Below are positions 59,769 to 64,000 of a stretch of DNA of 64,000 nucleotides, piece by piece (positions within the stretch are counted from its first letter, which is position 1; each line of letters opens with the position of its first letter). The notes beneath the pieces were generated by a model. It had not been told where the DNA came from and ran no database searches. It saw nothing but the letters and a program-made list of their open reading frames with translations. Origin of the DNA: an uncultured Acidobacteriota bacterium (lineage in GTDB: Bacteria; Acidobacteriota; Thermoanaerobaculia; Gp7-AA8); the NCBI GenBank assembly GCA_963741955.1, contig CAVUKB010000001.1:352001-416000 (forward strand), read 5' to 3'. Both the position numbers and the translations under genes were made by a program.

Positions 59769-61110
59769 TGCTCTTGAATTTCCAGTTCCGGATGCGGACG
59801 GTCGGGAGGAGCATCCCGCCGAGAAGATTCCACCAGGCTCCGATCACGCGTCGCTCGGCGGTGATGCCGTCCACGTGCGAGAGCGCCTCGAGCATCGATT
59901 GAGTCCAGCGCAGATTCGGGAGTCGCTTCGTGACGCGTCCGTTCTCGATGAGGAATGTGCCGTCGCGCGTCATCCCGGTCATCAGAGCGATCTTCGGATC
60001 GAGAAGTCCGTTCACGTAGTTGAACCGCGTGACCCAGATGCCACGCTCGGTGGTCCCGATCAACTCCTCCCGGGTCGATGACCCTCCCGCCATCACGAGA
60101 TGGAGTGCGCTCCCGTGGTCATCCGATTCCGGTCCGGAGGAGCTCCCGGTCGGTTGCATTCCGAGGCGGTCGGCCATGATCTTGTCGAGCAGCGGCCCGG
60201 CGATCGTCCCCTCTTCGATCAGCGGAACGCGGCGTTTCGCGAGTCCTTCCAGATCGAACGGGAAGGGGAGGAAGTCCGGATCGGTGGCGTCGTCGGCGAG
60301 AGTGACGGAGGGGTGCACCAGCCGGGTTCCGCGCTGGCCCACGAAGAAGGAGGAGCCGTCTTCATAAGCGTTCCCGCAGAACGTGATTCCGTTCATCCAT
60401 TCGAAGACTTCCGCGAGTGCCGCGGGCTCGAGGATGACGTCGATCGAAGCGGCGTCGAACGGCGCCTTGCGGCCGGCGACCAGGGTGGCTTTTTCCGTCG
60501 CTTCGTCGCCGAGGGCGACGATGTCGACGTCGTGCGCACGCCGGCTCGCGCGGGTGGCGAATCCGGAATCGGAGGGAGAGAGCGCGATCACGATTCCGTC
60601 GGCATGGGTGATGGGGGACCAGCGGCGGATTCCGTGACTGTTCCCCACCGCCACCGACCCTGAAGTCGTGCTGTACGAACCGGCGAACTCCACTTTTTTC
60701 GCGGCGCCGGCGTCGAACATCCGTTTGAGGGCTTCAGCCTTCTCGCGCGGAGCGATGGTGGCGGTCGCCTCGTCCCACGTCTCGAGCGGGAGGACGTCTT
60801 CGTTCGAATCGGAAAGCCCCTTGAACTTCGGGACCGGTTCGCTCCGTTCCGCGGCGCTGAGGGCGATCGCGGCGGTACGGCGGATCTCGTCGATGTCGAG
60901 AGAAGTGGTCGAAGCGATGCCGATGCGCCCTCCCGCGACGACTCGTATGGTGAGGGAGCGGGAGCGCTCGGACATGTTCTGGTGCAAGCTCGAGCTGGCG
61001 AACCGGCTGATGTTGCCGTCGGCGGCGATGAGAATCGCGTCGGCCTCGTCTCCTCCGCAGGAGGCGATCGTGGCATCGAGAATCGAGAGCGCCTCGTCCT
61101 GCGACTGCAT
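59764..61110 (-). CDS. TldE/PmbA family protein
   Basis: RFA....QN, VILEPAA, PFDLEG, TGMTRDGTFLIENG. Confidence 0.85.
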   Translation of the reverse strand: MQSQDEALSILDATIASCGGDEADAILIAADGNISRFASSSLHQNMSERSRSLTIRVVAGGRIGIASTTSLDIDEIRRTAAIALSAAERSEPVPKFKGLSDSNEDVLPLETWDEATATIAPREKAEALKRMFDAGAAKKVEFAGSYSTTSGSVAVGNSHGIRRWSPITHADGIVIALSPSDSGFATRASRRAHDVDIVALGDEATEKATLVAGRKAPFDAASIDVILEPAALAEVFEWMNGITFCGNAYEDGSSFFVGQRGTRLVHPSVTLADDATDPDFLPFPFDLEGLAKRRVPLIEEGTIAGPLLDKIMADRLGMQPTGSSSGPESDDHGSALHLVMAGGSSTREELIGTTERGIWVTRFNYVNGLLDPKIALMTGMTRDGTFLIENGRVTKRLPNLRWTQSMLEALSHVDGITAERRVIGAWWNLLGGMLLPTVRIRNWKFKSI

Positions 61111-62537
61111 CAGAGCATCTCCACGTTGCGAAAGCGGGCAGCCGGTGCGCCGTGCGCGACCCGCATGGTCTGCATCGGATCTCCCTTGCCGCAGTTGGGG
61201 AGACCCCAGATGCGCCAGCTCGCGGCATTGCCGACCGCGTCACAGGAGCCCCAGAACTCGGGAGTCGACCCGGTATAGATCGGATTGCGAACCATCCGGC
61301 CGATGCGGCCGTTCTCGATCTCCCATCCGACCTCGCAGCCGAACTGAAAGTTGAGCCGCACGTCGTCGATGGACCATGATCGGTTCGTGTCGATCATGAT
61401 CCCGCGGCGGGTGCCGGCAATGATCTCTTCGAGCGGAGCCTCACCCGGCTCGAGATTGATGTTGGTCATCCGGATGATCGGGATGCGGTTGGCCGATTCG
61501 GCGCGGACCGTCCCGTTGGACTTCCGTCCGATGACCGGAGCGGTATCCCGTCCGGTGAGATAGTCGACGAAGATGCCGCGGTCGATGAGCGGAAAGCGTT
61601 GCGCCGGGACCCCTTCGTCGTCGAAGCCGAAGGATCCGATCGACTGAGGGACGGTGGCGTCGGCGACGATGGTCACCAGCTCGGAACCGTACCGGTAGGA
61701 GCCGAGCATCGGCGGCTGGAGGAATGACCCCCCGGCCAGTGAGATCTCCATCCCCAGTGCGCGATCGAGCTCGGTCGGATGACCGCAGCTCTCGTGCACC
61801 TGAAGTGCGAGCTGTGACGATCCGATCACGAGGTCGAAGTGGCCGGCCGGGGCCTTCGGTGCGTCGAGAAGGGCGAGAGCTTCGTCGCGGATGCGCCGTC
61901 CGTTCCCGGCCAGGTCGAGATCTTCGACGAACTCCCAGCCGCGAGCCTGGAAGTCGCCGCCGAAAGGGTTCGGGTAGGTCCGCCGCTGAAACTCGTTCCC
62001 TTTCAGCGCGATCACTTCGATTCCGGCGCCCATCTCAGTCGTCGACTGCTCGATGCGGCTCCCCTCGGTGGAGGCGAAGAGCTTCTCCTGCCGGTATGCG
62101 CTGATCTCGCCGAGGACCTGGTGGATGCGGTCGTCGTCCCGGAGCGGCTCGGTCGCCTGCATCAGGTGATCGATCTTCCGGTCGATCGGGATCGACCAGG
62201 GGTCGACGTGATAGAGAGAGCTCCAGCGGGCGCTGTACGAGTCGACCGGACTCAGTCGGACGGGAGAGGTCGCCGCGATGTGACTCGCCGCCGCGACCTC
62301 GAGGGCACGCTCGGCGGTCGCGTTCAACGTCGCGTCGTCGTCCTCGGTGTCCGCCGCGAAGCCCCAGCCGTTTCCGACCAGCACCCGGATACCTATGGCG
62401 CGGGAGACGGTCGAAGAGAGTTGCTCCACGCTGCCGTTACGGACGCGTACGAGCTGTTCGTACGTGACGGTGGAGCGGACGTCGGCATAGCGTGCGCGCT
62501 CGCGAAGACGCCGGAGGAGCGAGTCGAGATCAGGCAT
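61110..62537 (-). CDS. tldD: TldD family metalloprotease
   Basis: HESCGHPTELDR, FDDEG, RMTN, CGKGDP. Confidence 0.88.
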   Translation of the reverse strand: MPDLDSLLRRLRERARYADVRSTVTYEQLVRVRNGSVEQLSSTVSRAIGIRVLVGNGWGFAADTEDDDATLNATAERALEVAAASHIAATSPVRLSPVDSYSARWSSLYHVDPWSIPIDRKIDHLMQATEPLRDDDRIHQVLGEISAYRQEKLFASTEGSRIEQSTTEMGAGIEVIALKGNEFQRRTYPNPFGGDFQARGWEFVEDLDLAGNGRRIRDEALALLDAPKAPAGHFDLVIGSSQLALQVHESCGHPTELDRALGMEISLAGGSFLQPPMLGSYRYGSELVTIVADATVPQSIGSFGFDDEGVPAQRFPLIDRGIFVDYLTGRDTAPVIGRKSNGTVRAESANRIPIIRMTNINLEPGEAPLEEIIAGTRRGIMIDTNRSWSIDDVRLNFQFGCEVGWEIENGRIGRMVRNPIYTGSTPEFWGSCDAVGNAASWRIWGLPNCGKGDPMQTMRVAHGAPAARFRNVEML

Positions 62538-62916
62538 CGCGCCTGCCGCCATAGTAATTGCAGCGCGACGAGCAGGTTTCCTCGATGGTCACACGGTAGA
62601 GGCCCGGAAGGTACGAGTGGAGCTGATTCCAGAGCCAGACGGTGAGCGTCTCCGAGGTCGGGTTCTCCAGTCCCTCGATCTCGTTGAGAAGGTAGTGATC
62701 GAGCCGGTCCAGAACCGGCCGCAGGATAGCTTTGAGCTCTCCGAAATCGATCAGCCACCCGGTGTGCGGATCGACCGGACCGCGCACTGCGAGCTCTCCC
62801 CGGAACGAGTGCCCGTGCATGCGGCGGCACTTGTGGGAGTCGGGGAGATTCGGAAGGTAGTGTGCGGCTTCGAAGCGAAAGTCTTTGACAAGCTCGACGA
62901 AATCGTTTTCCATCAT
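62530..62916 (-). CDS. queD: 6-carboxytetrahydropterin synthase
   Basis: FEAAH.LP, KCRRMHGHS, LDH..LN, ENPTSE. Confidence 0.93.
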   Translation of the reverse strand: MMENDFVELVKDFRFEAAHYLPNLPDSHKCRRMHGHSFRGELAVRGPVDPHTGWLIDFGELKAILRPVLDRLDHYLLNEIEGLENPTSETLTVWLWNQLHSYLPGLYRVTIEETCSSRCNYYGGRRDA

Positions 62917-63015
62917 GAAGTTCCGGATCGGAACCGCCCGCTGCGGGAGAACCGATCGCTCCAAAATAGGGCATTGGAATTGCTCTGACAAGGGTGCATG
63001 GCCACCTTGCATGAA

Positions 63016-63423
63016 ATGATGACACACGATAAATCACTCGGCTTTCTGGTTCGGGAGTTGAGCGAGGATCTGTCGACGCTGGTGCGCAGCGAAGTGGCGC
63101 TGGCGAAGATCGAGCTGAAGCAGACTGCGACCGGGCTGGGCATGGTCGCGGCGTTTTTCGGCGTCGCGCTCATGTGTGCGCTCGGGGCGATGGCGTTCTT
63201 CTTCGTTACGGCAGTGCTCCTCCTGGGGCTGGTTCTTCCGTACTGGCTCTCGGCGTTGATCCTCGCAGGGGCACTCCTGCTGATCGCCGCCGGAGTGGCG
63301 CTGGTCGGGGTGAAGAAATTCTCTTCCATCGAATTCGCTCCGAACGATACGATCGAGAATGTGAAAGAGGACGTGAAAACGATCCGCAGCAGCATCAAAC
63401 GATCCGAGGAAGAGAGGTTCTGA
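63016..63423 (+). CDS. Holin-superfamily-like (YqjE-type) membrane protein
   Basis: SLG.LV.EL..DLS.LVRSEVALAK.E, two TMs, P..TIENVKED. Confidence 0.75.
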   Translation: MMTHDKSLGFLVRELSEDLSTLVRSEVALAKIELKQTATGLGMVAAFFGVALMCALGAMAFFFVTAVLLLGLVLPYWLSALILAGALLLIAAGVALVGVKKFSSIEFAPNDTIENVKEDVKTIRSSIKRSEEERF

Positions 63424-63426
63424 TCC

Positions 63427-63714
63427 ATGGCAGCTGCCCACGAGGAAGTCAAGGCTCACATCGAGCACACCATCGAGCGCGCGCGGCAGGGAGTGACCGA
63501 GCACGTGGACGAGATCGACCGGCGGCTCCGGAAGGATCTCGACGTGAACAGGCTCGCGGGCGAGCATGCTCCGCAGCTGATCGCGGCCGGAGTCGGAGTC
63601 GGTTTTCTGTTCGGTTTCGGTGTTCCGAAGGTGCTTCTTCGCACCATCCAGATCGGCGTTCCACTGCTGATCGCGGTCCAGATCGCCCGCAAGCAGCTCG
63701 GCGAGTCCGTCTGA
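63427..63714 (+). CDS. DUF3618/DUF883-like small membrane-anchored protein
   Basis: IE..IERAR..V...VDEI; GVGVGFLFG; usual partner of the upstream gene. Confidence 0.6.
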   Translation: MAAAHEEVKAHIEHTIERARQGVTEHVDEIDRRLRKDLDVNRLAGEHAPQLIAAGVGVGFLFGFGVPKVLLRTIQIGVPLLIAVQIARKQLGESV

Positions 63715-63735
63715 GTCCTCGCTTCCGTCCGTGCA

Positions 63736-64000
63736 TCAGTCCGACCGCAGCACGTAGTGATTGCCGGGCAGAGCCCTCACCACTCCTTTCATCTCCAGGT
63801 TGAGCAGAGCCTCCGCGAGCTCGGAAGTGGAGCGGCGGTAGACAGCCGCGATCCGGTCGACGTGGATCGGATCGACCATCGACAGAAGAGGGACGATCTC
63901 CCGTTCCGAGGGCGCGAGCTTCAGGGTGGAGGGACCGGAACCGGGCGGGGTCAGGTCAGCAAATTCGTCGAAGACGTCGGCCATCTCGTGCACGAGCTTC
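63736..64000 (-). CDS. dprA: DNA-processing protein DprA, C-terminal part
   Basis: KLV...DV, PIHVDRI, LLNLEMKGVVRALPG winged-helix tail; 5' end outside window. Confidence 0.8.
   Translation of the reverse strand, partial: KLVHEMADVFDEFADLTPPGSGPSTLKLAPSEREIVPLLSMVDPIHVDRIAAVYRRSTSELAEALLNLEMKGVVRALPGNHYVLRSD

Noticed and set aside
63016-63714. Prophage suggested by a holin-like gene
   Set aside because: No endolysin or other phage genes; this gene pair is a common chromosomal module.
1-64000. tRNA, rRNA, integrase or transposase genes
   Set aside because: None recognised in the window.

Overview
High-GC bacterial chromosome segment. Gene content and repeat style suggest Acidobacteriota, possibly Thermoanaerobaculia (inference). 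Layout: (1) 3' end of kbl; a hopanoid locus with its own precursor genes (dxs-ispH-shc-hpnH-hpnA-hpnG-squalene synthase, +) facing a tailoring operon (hpnK, hpnI with an extra C-terminal domain, HpnL/UPF0104-like membrane protein, GT4, -); no hpnJ in the window. (2) Housekeeping genes: lolC/E-like, carA, methylmalonyl-CoA mutase N-terminal subunit, ybeY-phoH-rsmD, cca, a GGDEF-DUF4388-lipoprotein-SPOR operon, LOG, mrp. (3) An accessory island at about 34.7-42.9 kb: a tandem array of 341-342 bp REP-containing units next to a minus-strand integron-type cassette array with five clear and one or more degenerate attC sites and no integrase in the window (CALIN). It carries three toxin-antitoxin pairs (two toxins appear disabled), an L,D-transpeptidase, a MITE-interrupted gene, a frameshifted gene, an attC with a GAC/GTC core and a gene that looks split by a micro-inversion. 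(4) PL8 lyase, FHA-GAF-PP2C phosphatase, mqnD, plsC, korAB, S66 peptidase, CDF transporter, dppBC, BtuF-like protein, glcD-like oxidase, queD-tldD-tldE, holin-like/DUF3618 pair, 3' end of dprA. Several MITEs and many heptamer or nonamer intergenic repeats are present. All family assignments come from motif recognition, not database searches.
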